Shown: piece by piece, positions 48,819-58,174 of the stretch
Layout of the letters: each line of letters starts with the position of its first letter
How positions within the stretch are numbered: the stretch's first letter is position 1
From: Vulcanimicrobiota bacterium
Lineage (GTDB): Bacteria; Vulcanimicrobiota; Vulcanimicrobiia; Vulcanimicrobiales; Vulcanimicrobiaceae
DNA length: 64,000 nt
Direction: 5' to 3'
NCBI GenBank assembly: GCA_963714015.1
Contig: OY970223.1
Coordinates: 1,440,001 to 1,504,000 of the forward strand
Made by a program: the position numbers and the translations under genes
Notes under the pieces: generated by a model
Told to the model about the DNA's origin: nothing
The model's database searches: none
What the model saw: only the letters and a program-made list of their open reading frames with translations

Positions 48819-49838
48819 CTACGATATTTGGTTGTAGTCGCGCTCGGCCTTCTTTCCGAGCGCCGTGAGAACGGATTCGGATATCGCGGACGCGCTTTGG
48901 TGACCCCGCGCTCGCCCGGCGGCGATTCCTCCGTTCGCAGGAAGAAGCCGCACCGCCAGCGCGCAGGCCCGGCTCACCATTCGGGGCGCTACGCCTTGCG
49001 CGAGCGCCAGCAGTTTTGCCGGCAGCGAGATGACGATCTCCGGCTCACCACGCAGGGCCGCATCGACAACCGCGCGAGCCGCGCTGCCGGCTGCAACCGA
49101 TGCTCCCGGCAGCGTCCCTGACAGCTTGAACCACGCGTACTCTTTGCGATGCTGTGCCTTGAACCAGGCGTTGCGAGGGCTTCCCGTGCGCATGAGTCCC
49201 GGACAGACCGTCGTAACGAAAATATTTTCCGCTCGCAGCTCCGCGCGAAGTCCTTCGGAGTATCCGACTGCCGCGAACTTGCTCGCGCAATACGGCAAGA
49301 GATGCGGAACGCTGACCTTGCCGCCGATCGAGGTAACGTTCACGATCCGGCCGCCTCGCTGACGCCGGAAAATCTCGAGCACCGCTTCCACGGCGTGGTA
49401 CATGCCCCAGAAGTGCGTATTCATCGCATCTTCATAATCGGCGCGGGTCATTGCCGCCGCCGGACCGACGGCGATCGTGCCGGCGTTGTTTACGAGAAGG
49501 TCGATCCGTCCGAGTTCGTCGTACGCGCGGGCGATCGCGCCGCGTACGTCGTCCTCGTTACGGACGTCGCAGACTAGGGTGAGCACGCGCGTTCCCAAGC
49601 CGCGCAGCCGTTCTGCCGCCGCCTCCAACGTTTTTGGATCGCGTCCGCAAATCGCGAGGGCGGCGCCGCGGCGCGCGCACTCGATTGCAATAGCCAAGCC
49701 TAACCCGCGCGAAGCGCCGGTGATAAACGCAACGCGGCCGTCGAGGCGCTGCTTGCGTGCTAGGCGAACCGCCGCGCGAAGCGCGGCACCCGTTGCGGCA
49801 GCGCATACCGCGGCGGCGACTATTCTTCGATCCAGCAT
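48819..49838 (-). CDS. Short-chain dehydrogenase/reductase with an N-terminal membrane anchor
   Basis: TGASRGLG, NNAG, YCASK and PGLMRTGS. Confidence 0.92.
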   Translation of the reverse strand: MLDRRIVAAAVCAAATGAALRAAVRLARKQRLDGRVAFITGASRGLGLAIAIECARRGAALAICGRDPKTLEAAAERLRGLGTRVLTLVCDVRNEDDVRGAIARAYDELGRIDLLVNNAGTIAVGPAAAMTRADYEDAMNTHFWGMYHAVEAVLEIFRRQRGGRIVNVTSIGGKVSVPHLLPYCASKFAAVGYSEGLRAELRAENIFVTTVCPGLMRTGSPRNAWFKAQHRKEYAWFKLSGTLPGASVAAGSAARAVVDAALRGEPEIVISLPAKLLALAQGVAPRMVSRACALAVRLLPANGGIAAGRARGHQSASAISESVLTALGKKAERDYNQIS

Positions 49839-49873
49839 GGTGTGAGCTACCCATTCCAGGGAAAACAACCGGC

Positions 49874-50248
49874 GTGAACGAGCGAAATACGACTACGGTC
49901 AAACTCTTGGCTGCCGGTGCGGCGGCAGGGCTCACGCTTACTTACATTGCGCGAGCATCGCGGGCGCGCATGCGCAAGCCGATAATGCAAGCGGCGACCG
50001 TTGTGGCGCCGCGCGGGCGCGTCGAAAGCTTCATCGAGTCGCGCGAACGGATGCTGGATGCGCTTCAATCCAAAAACCTCTATGCGAACATCGAACGGCT
50101 GGAGCTGCGCGACGCTCCGAGCGACCGCGGCACGGAGATCTGTCTGACGATGCGCGGCGTCGGCAAGTATGCCGTCAAAGATATCTTACGGCGCGCCAAG
50201 GCACTGATCGAGTGCGGCGAGATTCCCACCGGGAGGCGATACGCATGA
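49874..50248 (+). CDS. Shortened SRPBCC/cyclase-like protein
   Basis: APSDRGTE and LRRAKALIECGEIPT resemble SRPBCC cyclase motifs; ATGA-coupled to the Zn-ADH gene. Confidence 0.65.
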   Translation: MNERNTTTVKLLAAGAAAGLTLTYIARASRARMRKPIMQAATVVAPRGRVESFIESRERMLDALQSKNLYANIERLELRDAPSDRGTEICLTMRGVGKYAVKDILRRAKALIECGEIPTGRRYA

Positions 50249-51471
50249 AAGCCGTCGTTTGGAACGGCGTCCACGACGTTCGCGTCGAGGGCGTCAAAGA
50301 CCCGGAACTGCTCAACCCGCGCGATGCGATTCTTCGCGTGACCGCAACTGCGATCTGCGGGTCCGATTTGCATCTCTACAACGGGTTCATGCCGACCATG
50401 CAGCCCGGCGACATTCTCGGGCACGAGTTCATGGGCATCGTTGAAGAGGTGGGGCCGTCGGTACGGAATCTCCGCCCCGGCGATCGCGTCGTCGTGCCGT
50501 TCAACATCGCATGCGGCAACTGCGAACCATGCATGCGCGAGCGCTGGTCGCTATGCGACAACTCCAATCCGAACGCGTCGATTCCCGAACGCCTCTACGG
50601 CTATTCTTGCGGAGGACTGTTCGGCTATTCGCACATGTTCGGCGGCTATTCCGGCGGTCAAGCGGAGTTCGTTCGCGTGCCCTTCGCGGACGTCGGTCCG
50701 CTGAAAGTGCCTGACTCGCTCGAGGACGACGAAGCCTTGTTTTTAAGCGACATCTTTCCGACCGGATACATGGCTGCGGAAAATTGCGACATTCAGTCGG
50801 GCGACGTCGTCGCGGTCTGGGGATGCGGACCAGTCGGACAGTTCGCCATTCGCAGCGCAGTTCTCATGGGCGCCGACGTCATCGCAATCGATCGCATTCC
50901 GGTGCGGTTGGACATGGCTCAGGCGGGAGGCGCGCGCACGCTCAACTTCGATGAAGTAAACGTTCTCGAAGCCCTTCACGAAATGACGGGCGGCCGGGGA
51001 CCGGACGCATGCATCGACTGCGTGGGCATGGAAGCGCACGGTGTAACGCCCGACGCCATTGCCGACAAAGCCAAACAAACGGTTCGCCTGCAATTCGATC
51101 GGGCGCACGTCTTTCGTCTGGCCACTCAGGCCATAGGCAAGGGGGGCACGCTTTCGGTCCCGGGCGTTTACGGCGGATTCATCGACAAGATCCCGATGGG
51201 GACGATCTTCGAAAAAGGCTTGCAGATTCGCACGGGCCAGACGCACACGCATCGGTATCTGCGCCCGCTGATGGCGCTGATACGCGAGCGGAAAATCGAT
51301 CCGTCGTTCGTGATCACTCACCGCGGTACGCTGGACGACGCCCCGAATTACTATGCCCTGATGGCCAAACATCGCGACGACTTCGTCAAGTCGGTGCTGG
51401 CTCCGGGCGTCGAGGCCTACCGGGCCGGTAACCGAGCGGGAAGCGAGGAATTGGAGTTTAGCCGCCGGTAA
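50245..51471 (+). CDS. Zinc-dependent alcohol/formaldehyde dehydrogenase (YbdR/FdhA-like)
   Basis: ICGSDLH, GHEFMG, CxxCxxC...C, LSDIFPTG and GCGPVG. Confidence 0.93.
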   Translation: MKAVVWNGVHDVRVEGVKDPELLNPRDAILRVTATAICGSDLHLYNGFMPTMQPGDILGHEFMGIVEEVGPSVRNLRPGDRVVVPFNIACGNCEPCMRERWSLCDNSNPNASIPERLYGYSCGGLFGYSHMFGGYSGGQAEFVRVPFADVGPLKVPDSLEDDEALFLSDIFPTGYMAAENCDIQSGDVVAVWGCGPVGQFAIRSAVLMGADVIAIDRIPVRLDMAQAGGARTLNFDEVNVLEALHEMTGGRGPDACIDCVGMEAHGVTPDAIADKAKQTVRLQFDRAHVFRLATQAIGKGGTLSVPGVYGGFIDKIPMGTIFEKGLQIRTGQTHTHRYLRPLMALIRERKIDPSFVITHRGTLDDAPNYYALMAKHRDDFVKSVLAPGVEAYRAGNRAGSEELEFSRR

Positions 51472-51480
51472 TCGGCACGA

Positions 51481-52677
51481 GTGAACGATTCTTCCGGCTG
51501 GAATCTGCGCGGACTGACGACGAGCGCAGCCGCTCACGGCGTGAGCGATCTTTATTCCGGGATGGTGCCGCTCATGATCTTCACGATTGTGAGCTTGCAC
51601 CATCTTTCGCCGCTCTATCAAGGCGCCGTTGGATTTCTTTGGTATTTGACGAGCTCTATCGTGCAGCCGCTTTTCGGCGCGTATGCCGATCGCGCCGGGC
51701 GGTGGTGGTTCCTGCCGGCGTCGGTGACGCTTACGGTCTGCGCCGTCTCGGCAATGGGGCTTTCGACCGGTTTAGCGATGCTCGCAGCGCTCGTGGCGAT
51801 CGGCGGGCTCGGTTCGGCCGTAATGCACCCCGAGGCAGGGAGATATGCGGCGCTCTTGAGCGGGAACCGAAAATCGGGCGGCATTTCCATATTCCAAATC
51901 GGCGGCGCCGTCGGGTATGCATTCGGTCCCCTGCTGATCGCTGCCGTGATTCAGCGTTATGGTCCCGCAGGATCCGTCCGAACCGCAGCGCCGGGCCTTG
52001 TGGCGGCGGCGGTGATTTGCGCGCTTACATTCGGCATCAAATCCGCCGCCCAGCGAGCCCAGCGCCTCCACGAATCGTCCCTGCAATCGCAACCGGCGCG
52101 AGTCGACACGTTCGGCGTAACGCTTCTGGTTGCCGGAACTGCGTTGCGGTATCTCGTCGCCGCTTCGTTCATGACGTTTCTCCCGAATCTGATCGTCGGA
52201 CGCGGCGGAAGCATTGCCGATGCCGGCGCGATGGTGACCGCTTTCTTGGGCGTCGGTGTTGCCGGTTTGTACGTTGGAGGCCGGCTCGGCGATCGCTTCG
52301 GCGCCGTGCCGATTGCGGTCTGGAGCCTTGCCGCGTCGGCCCCGGTACTGCTCGGGTTCTTTCTGCTCAGCGGCGTGGCGGCTACGGCGGCGCTGCTGCT
52401 CGGCAGTGTGCTGCTGACGGTCCAGAGCGCACCCAGCGTTGCGATCGTGCAAAAAATGCTGCCGCGCAACCTCGGCATGGCTCTCGGGTTGATGAACGGC
52501 GTTGCGTTCGGTGCCGGATCGGCATTGGTTACGGGCGTTGGTTTTGCGGTCAGCAAGATCGGTGCGTCGAATGCGCTTTTCGAGCTTAGCGTTATGCCGA
52601 TTCTCTGTGCTCTGGCTTACTGGCTTGCCGGCCGCCGGCTGCAATTGCGCTATCACAGGGAGCTTGCGCAGGCGTGA
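51481..52677 (+). CDS. MFS transporter (Fsr-like)
   Basis: QPLFG..ADR, HPE, GG.VG.A.GP and GGRLGDRFG; about 12 TM helices. Confidence 0.9.
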   Translation: MNDSSGWNLRGLTTSAAAHGVSDLYSGMVPLMIFTIVSLHHLSPLYQGAVGFLWYLTSSIVQPLFGAYADRAGRWWFLPASVTLTVCAVSAMGLSTGLAMLAALVAIGGLGSAVMHPEAGRYAALLSGNRKSGGISIFQIGGAVGYAFGPLLIAAVIQRYGPAGSVRTAAPGLVAAAVICALTFGIKSAAQRAQRLHESSLQSQPARVDTFGVTLLVAGTALRYLVAASFMTFLPNLIVGRGGSIADAGAMVTAFLGVGVAGLYVGGRLGDRFGAVPIAVWSLAASAPVLLGFFLLSGVAATAALLLGSVLLTVQSAPSVAIVQKMLPRNLGMALGLMNGVAFGAGSALVTGVGFAVSKIGASNALFELSVMPILCALAYWLAGRRLQLRYHRELAQA

Positions 52678-52683
52678 CCAAAC

Positions 52684-53766
52684 CTACGTGAGGGCCGCCA
52701 ACAGGGCGATCGCATCTTGATTGAGCGCTTGGCGTTCGATCTTCGGATGCGTTAAATAAAACAGCGCCATGGTGCGCAGTGCGAAGACGTGCGCCCGCGG
52801 CATCCCCAGCTCAGCGAAGCCGAGCCGCGCGCGTTGCGCAAACGTCCGGGCGCGGGCTGCGAATTCTTGGGGCGCTGCATATCGCGAAACCCAGTTCAGC
52901 TCGCCGTGCGCGCGGTCTTCGGCTTGGTCGATAAAAGAGTCGAGCAGCACGTGAAGTGCGCAGAACGACGGAAAGTACGCATCGTATGCCGGGCCGATCC
53001 GGTCGAAATCACTGCAGAACGCTTCATACAACGGCGCATAGACGTGAAATTGTGAGCCTGCGGCTGCCGCGAACTCCCACCAGGTGAGATCGTATTTCGT
53101 GCCGGCGCGGTCGTACCAAGCCACACACGCCGCTTCTCGTTCTCCCGAAGGCAGGTGACTGAACGTCTGGGTATCGGCGTAGAGCGCGGCGGCGCGACGA
53201 AAGTACGGCAGCAGCAGCTCATGCGGACCCAGCCGTTTTAGCGCGCGGCGCGTGAGCCGAACGAGCGAAGCGAGATAGTCGCCGTCATCGCCCGGCGGTC
53301 CGTACAAATAGTATTCGTGCAGCGGACGAGCGGGATCGAGCGCATCGGCAAGGGCTTCGTGCAACTGCCGGAATGCGCGAGGCGGTGTTTCCGGATGACG
53401 GTCGCACAGGGTGTCGAGAAAGTCGTAAACGGCTTCGAGCGGCGCGACGATTTCTATGTAGTGCTCGCGTGCGCCGCTCGGCAAGAACGTGGAGAGGATG
53501 CACGCGCCGGCGACGTGATAAGCTTTCGAACGCAGACTTGAAACTGCATGAGCCCGGAGCTGAGCGTCCGGTATCCGATCGGCCAGATGCTGCAGCCGCA
53601 CGAGCGCCGCGCGAGCGAGCGGCACGACGTGCACCAAAAATCTGCGAAGATCGAAGGCATCGTCCATTCCGCCGCGGAGCAGATACTGCAGCCGGGGCGG
53701 ACTGAGCAGCACTCGCCGGACGGCCCAGCCGATCTCGGCCGACAACGCCCCTGCCTCCCGGCTCAA
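52684..53766 (-). CDS. DUF2600/YtpB-family terpene cyclase (tetraprenyl-beta-curcumene synthase-like); alternative start at 53667
   Basis: IPD..LR..A..SL..K.YH..G, DFLDTLCD, YLA.LV, WWEFAAAAGS, AYFP and LHVLLDSFIDQAED. Confidence 0.82.
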   Translation of the reverse strand: MSREAGALSAEIGWAVRRVLLSPPRLQYLLRGGMDDAFDLRRFLVHVVPLARAALVRLQHLADRIPDAQLRAHAVSSLRSKAYHVAGACILSTFLPSGAREHYIEIVAPLEAVYDFLDTLCDRHPETPPRAFRQLHEALADALDPARPLHEYYLYGPPGDDGDYLASLVRLTRRALKRLGPHELLLPYFRRAAALYADTQTFSHLPSGEREAACVAWYDRAGTKYDLTWWEFAAAAGSQFHVYAPLYEAFCSDFDRIGPAYDAYFPSFCALHVLLDSFIDQAEDRAHGELNWVSRYAAPQEFAARARTFAQRARLGFAELGMPRAHVFALRTMALFYLTHPKIERQALNQDAIALLAALT

Positions 53767-53767
53767 G

Positions 53768-54988
53768 CTAGATTCCGCCCACGAAGCGTCCCGGATTCAG
53801 TATGCGATTCGGATCGAATTGCGCTTTGAGCGCGCGCATCTTCTCAATGCTCTCGGGCGGCAGTCCCCACGGATCCAGGGCGGTTCGAATCGGCGCGTCG
53901 CCGCTCACGATCGCGCGGCGCGGCGCAACGGCGCGCAGGCCCTCGTCGGCCGACTCGATCTTTTCGGCAAACGCGCGCCTGTCGCGCTCGCTCAGCCGCA
54001 GATATACATCACCGTTCATGACGTCGAACAGCAAATCCGTGAACAGCTCATGACGATGCGCCGCATCCCGCAGGGCCGTGGCGCGTTCTTCTGCGGTTGC
54101 GGGATCTCCGAGCACGCGAAACGTCAACGAACGTTCGCCGAGCGGTGCAATGCACGCGTCGAGGCAACTCTGAAACCGTTCTAATGCGCCCGAGTCGACC
54201 ACGGTCGTCCGGGGAACCCCGGCTCGGCCGAGCGAAGAGCGCGCCTCCAACGTTGCGCGGTCGACGAGCGATTGCGAGCCCTCGAGCAAGATGAAAATGC
54301 GGCCGTCTACGTCGTCTTCACCGCTTACCGTCTTGCGGAACCCTTCCAGGCAGAACGTTGCCGCCGGCGTCACGTTCATTGCGGCTATTTGCGCAATCGC
54401 GCGCGTTCGCGAACCTTCGGGAAGCGGCGCTATGAGCGCGCGGCGGCACTGCGGCAACGGCAGCGTTTTGAAGTTTACGCGCGTCAGTACGCCAAGTGTC
54501 CCGAAGGATCCCGCGTAGAGCTTGCTCATGTCGTATCCCGTAACGTTTTTGACGACCATGCCGCCTGCATTTGCAACTGTTCCGTCGGCAAGCACGACTT
54601 GAGTGCCGATCAACAGATCGCGCGCGCGCCCGTACAGATGACGCCGCGCGCCGAGCCATCCGGCGGCTATCGTGCCCCCTACCGTAGCATCGTTGCGCAG
54701 CGGCGCATCCAGCGGAACGAACTGACCGTGCGCCTCAAGATGGGCCTCGAACGCGGCTACGCGCATCCCCGCTTGAACCGCGCACGTCAGATCGTGAAAT
54801 TCGTGGACGATGAGCGCATCGAGTCGCAACGTCGACAAGCGCACCGCATCCCGCTCGAGCGCGGCTCCGGCGGCGTGCAGCGTGTCGCCGCCGCTCACGC
54901 TTACCGCTGTGCGTTCGCTATTGCACTCGGCGAGCGTTGCGGCAAGTTCCTCTACCGACTTCGGCGTCCGGCTTCTCGAGCGAATCAC
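53768..54988 (-). CDS. glcE: Glycolate oxidase FAD-binding subunit (GlcE-like)
   Basis: ATVGG..A, GGMVVKNVTGYD..KL..GS.GTLG and FDP.RILNPGR; GTGA overlap with glcD. Confidence 0.85.
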   Translation of the reverse strand: MIRSRSRTPKSVEELAATLAECNSERTAVSVSGGDTLHAAGAALERDAVRLSTLRLDALIVHEFHDLTCAVQAGMRVAAFEAHLEAHGQFVPLDAPLRNDATVGGTIAAGWLGARRHLYGRARDLLIGTQVVLADGTVANAGGMVVKNVTGYDMSKLYAGSFGTLGVLTRVNFKTLPLPQCRRALIAPLPEGSRTRAIAQIAAMNVTPAATFCLEGFRKTVSGEDDVDGRIFILLEGSQSLVDRATLEARSSLGRAGVPRTTVVDSGALERFQSCLDACIAPLGERSLTFRVLGDPATAEERATALRDAAHRHELFTDLLFDVMNGDVYLRLSERDRRAFAEKIESADEGLRAVAPRRAIVSGDAPIRTALDPWGLPPESIEKMRALKAQFDPNRILNPGRFVGGI

Positions 54989-56379
54989 CGAACCTCGCCG
55001 CAGCCGGCCCCGGCGGGAAAGATCTTCTCGGGGTTGAGCAAGCGTTTGGGATCGAAAACTTCGCGTACGCGCGCCATCGCGGCGAGGTCTTGCGTGGTGA
55101 ACACGCGCGTGAGAGTTCCCCGCTTCTCGTAACCGATGCCGTGCTCGCCGCTGATCGTGCCGCCAAGGTCGACGGCCGATTGAAGGATGTCGTTTCCCGC
55201 GTCGATCACGGCGCCCACTTGCCGGCTGTCGCTGCGATCGTACATCAGCAGCGGATGGAGGTTGCCGTCGCCTGCATGAAAGACGTTGGCAACTTTTATC
55301 GACCGCGAAGCGCACGCCTCTTCGACTGCGCGAAGCGCTTGCGGCAGTTTGGTGCGCGGCACGACGACGTCTTGAATGTAGTAGTTGGGCGCAAATCGTC
55401 CAGTCGCTCCGAGCGCGCCTTTGCGTCCCGCCCACAACGCATCGCGCTCTTCCTGCGAACGCGCGGCGCGGCAAGAAGAGGCTCCGTGCTCTTTGAGCAG
55501 ACGCACGATGAGCGCTTCGTAGAGGTTGAGATCGTCCTCCAAGCCGGCGCTTTCGATAAGCAAAGCTGCTCCCGCATCTTTGGGATAGCCGCACGCGAAC
55601 GCCGCTTCCACGGCCTGCAGCGCGAGCCGGTCCAGCATCTCGAGCGCCGTCGGAACGATTCCCGCCCCGATGATCGCCGAGACAGCATTCGACGCGCTCT
55701 CGACGTCGGGAAAAGCGGCGAGCCACACGCGCACTGCTTCGGGCATGCGGAGCAAACGCACCCAGGCGGAACACGTCACGGCCAGCGTTCCTTCGCTGCC
55801 GACCAGCGGTCCGGTCAGATCGTATCCGCTCTCCTCGACCCACGTGTTCAGCACGTCGCCGCCGTCGTCGACGATCTCCAAACCGAGCACGTGGTTGACG
55901 GTCGTTCCGTAGGAGAGGCAATGCGGTCCGCCGGCGTTCGTGCCGATGTTGCCGCCGATCGTCGAAGCGCGCTGCGACGACGGATCGGGAGCATAAAAAA
56001 GGCCGGACGATGCCGTCTGACGCGAAAGGTCGAAATTTACCAGACCGGGCTGCACGCGCGCGCGGCGATTGCGCACGTCCAATTCCAGGACGCGGTTCAT
56101 GCGCGCGAACGAGAAAACGACTCCGCCGGTGACGGGAACCGCACCTCCGCACAAGCCGGTTCCGGCGCCGCGCGGTACGATAGGTTCGCCGCAGGCGCGC
56201 GCAATTTTAACCGCAGCAACCACCTCGCGCGTCGACGACGGCAGCACGACTGCAGCGGGCTGCCGCCCTTGCGAATATGCGTCGAAGGCGTAGACCTCCA
56301 GGTCCGCGTCGTCGGTTTTCACCGCATCGGCGCCGAGCGCATCGATCAGCCGCCGGCGAAGTTCCTCAAGCACTTGCAT
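54985..56379 (-). CDS. glcD: Glycolate oxidase subunit GlcD-like FAD-linked oxidase
   Basis: PRGAGTG, APDPSS, NAGGPHCL.YG, GSEGTL, HAGDGNLH, GEHGIG and LNP.K. Confidence 0.9.
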   Translation of the reverse strand: MQVLEELRRRLIDALGADAVKTDDADLEVYAFDAYSQGRQPAAVVLPSSTREVVAAVKIARACGEPIVPRGAGTGLCGGAVPVTGGVVFSFARMNRVLELDVRNRRARVQPGLVNFDLSRQTASSGLFYAPDPSSQRASTIGGNIGTNAGGPHCLSYGTTVNHVLGLEIVDDGGDVLNTWVEESGYDLTGPLVGSEGTLAVTCSAWVRLLRMPEAVRVWLAAFPDVESASNAVSAIIGAGIVPTALEMLDRLALQAVEAAFACGYPKDAGAALLIESAGLEDDLNLYEALIVRLLKEHGASSCRAARSQEERDALWAGRKGALGATGRFAPNYYIQDVVVPRTKLPQALRAVEEACASRSIKVANVFHAGDGNLHPLLMYDRSDSRQVGAVIDAGNDILQSAVDLGGTISGEHGIGYEKRGTLTRVFTTQDLAAMARVREVFDPKRLLNPEKIFPAGAGCGEVR

Positions 56380-56425
56380 TGATTTAGAAGGAACTGCAGC
56401 GCGTGCCTTTAAGGCCATCTTCGGC

Positions 56426-56953
56426 GTGTTTTTCTTTCAAAAAAAGAAGAAGCCCGAGCGGAGCAACCCCACGATCAAGCCGGTCGCTCCCGGGAGTCCC
56501 GCCCAAAAGAGAACGGCATTTCGGATGCCGGTCGAATTCGACGTCGTCTACACGCAGGACGGCCGTCGCGGGCGGCGCGGTGCCCGCGCCAATGATTTGA
56601 GCTCCGGCGGACTGCGGCTCTCCTGTGACGAGGATTTCGTCAAAGGAACGATCCTTACGCTCGAATTCAAATTGCCCGACGACTTCCTGGCAAACATGAC
56701 GATCGAAAAAGAAGTCTACGAGCAAAGCCCGTTCGGACTTCGGCCCGAGTCGATCAAGGTGCAGCCGCACGGATTCAACCCGATGAAGATTCAGGCCAAG
56801 GTTTTGGCGACGTTTTTCAATCTGGAGCGCAGGAAGTTTGCCCAGGGCATGGCGTTCGTGAACATCGACCTCAAGACGCAGGACGAGATCCAACGCTTCA
56901 TTCATCTATGGCAGCTTAACTACATCCGCACACGCCGCGGCGACTTGGGCTAA
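56426..56953 (+). CDS. PilZ-domain protein (c-di-GMP receptor)
   Basis: QKRTAFR (RxxxR) and DLSSGG (DxSxxG). Confidence 0.85.
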   Translation: MFFFQKKKKPERSNPTIKPVAPGSPAQKRTAFRMPVEFDVVYTQDGRRGRRGARANDLSSGGLRLSCDEDFVKGTILTLEFKLPDDFLANMTIEKEVYEQSPFGLRPESIKVQPHGFNPMKIQAKVLATFFNLERRKFAQGMAFVNIDLKTQDEIQRFIHLWQLNYIRTRRGDLG

Positions 56954-58174
56954 TACAACAAGTATTTGGCGCGAACCGTCATGAACCGCGCGAGCTCCGG
57001 CTCCCAGCGCGCTTCGACGTCGTCGGCTGATAGATCTGCGCGAAGCGCGTTGCCGAGCAGATCCGTTCCCCAATCCTTCGCGAGCGGCGCAGCTTCGATT
57101 TTGAGCGTGTGCGGCGAGACGTCGCGCACAGCCGCGAGAATCTCGACCGCCGTGCGGACCGCCGGAAAAACGGCTGGGTCGAAAACGTCGAGCTCGACGC
57201 CCGAGTACTGCGCCCCCTGTTCACCGCCGAACAGCGGCGACCAATACGACGGACGAAAATACACGCCCGGGATCTCGCGTTCGTTGAGCACGTCCCCAAG
57301 CCGGTACGGATCGAGGTTAACCGCGCCTGCGTATTTGAACGGCTTGGTCGTGCCGATTCCGCCGTTCAGACCGGCGTTGTCAATCAGACCGGTACACGGA
57401 TAGACGACGGTGGTGCTCCATTCGGGAATATTGGGAGAAGTCTGAACCCATTGCAGGCCTGTATCGGGCCAGAGCATCGAACGTTGCCATCCCTGCATCT
57501 TTACGACACGCAGCTTTGCGCCGATCCCGAAGTGCGCGTTGAACAGGTGAGCCAATTCGCCTACGGTCATGCCGTGCCGCATCGGTATCGGATACAATCC
57601 GATAAATGATTTGAACCTCGGATCCAGCACCGGCGCTTCCACCATTACCCCGCCGATCGGATTGGGGCGATCGAGTACCCAAATCTCTTTGTCGAATTCT
57701 TTCGCGGCTTGCATTGCGTACGCCATCGTAGAGACGAACGTGTACGGCCGCGCTCCGACGTCTTGGATGTCGAAGACGAGCGCGTCGAGGGCATGAAGCA
57801 TTTCAGCCGTGGGCCGGCGCTGCGGTCCATAAAGGCTGTAGACCGGCAACCCCGTGCGCGGATCGGTATAGGACGCAACGAAGGCGCCGGCGGGACGATC
57901 GCCGCGAAGGCCGTGCTCCGGCGAGTAGATTGCTTTGACGCAGACGTTGCGGTTTGCTTGAATCGCATCGACGATGCTGACCAGCTCCGATGTAACGCCG
58001 GTTTGGTTCGTGATGACGCCGATACAACCGCCGGAAAGATCGCGCCAGCCCGTCTTCAAAAAAACCTCGTCGCCTAGAACGATGTTCGCAGGGGGCAGCG
58101 TTGCAGCGCGGGCGTCGAGGCGAGGCACCGCATGCCGCAGCGCCGGCTAGGCCCAAAAAGGTTCTCCTAAACAA
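56950..58174 (-). CDS. namZ: Exo-beta-N-acetylmuramidase NamZ (DUF1343); Tat signal separated by an apparent +1 frameshift at about 58119
   Basis: TNQTG, SPEHG, SLYG, FDIQDVG.R.YT, LDRPNP, RHGMT.GE and SPN.P; the upstream frame gives (M)FRRTFLGLAGAAA. Confidence 0.9.

Noticed and set aside
54989..56152. 794-aa ORF 53768..56152 as a single fused protein
   Set aside because: The upstream part is an Arg-rich shadow frame of glcD. The real glcE starts at GTG 54988, overlapping the glcD stop.
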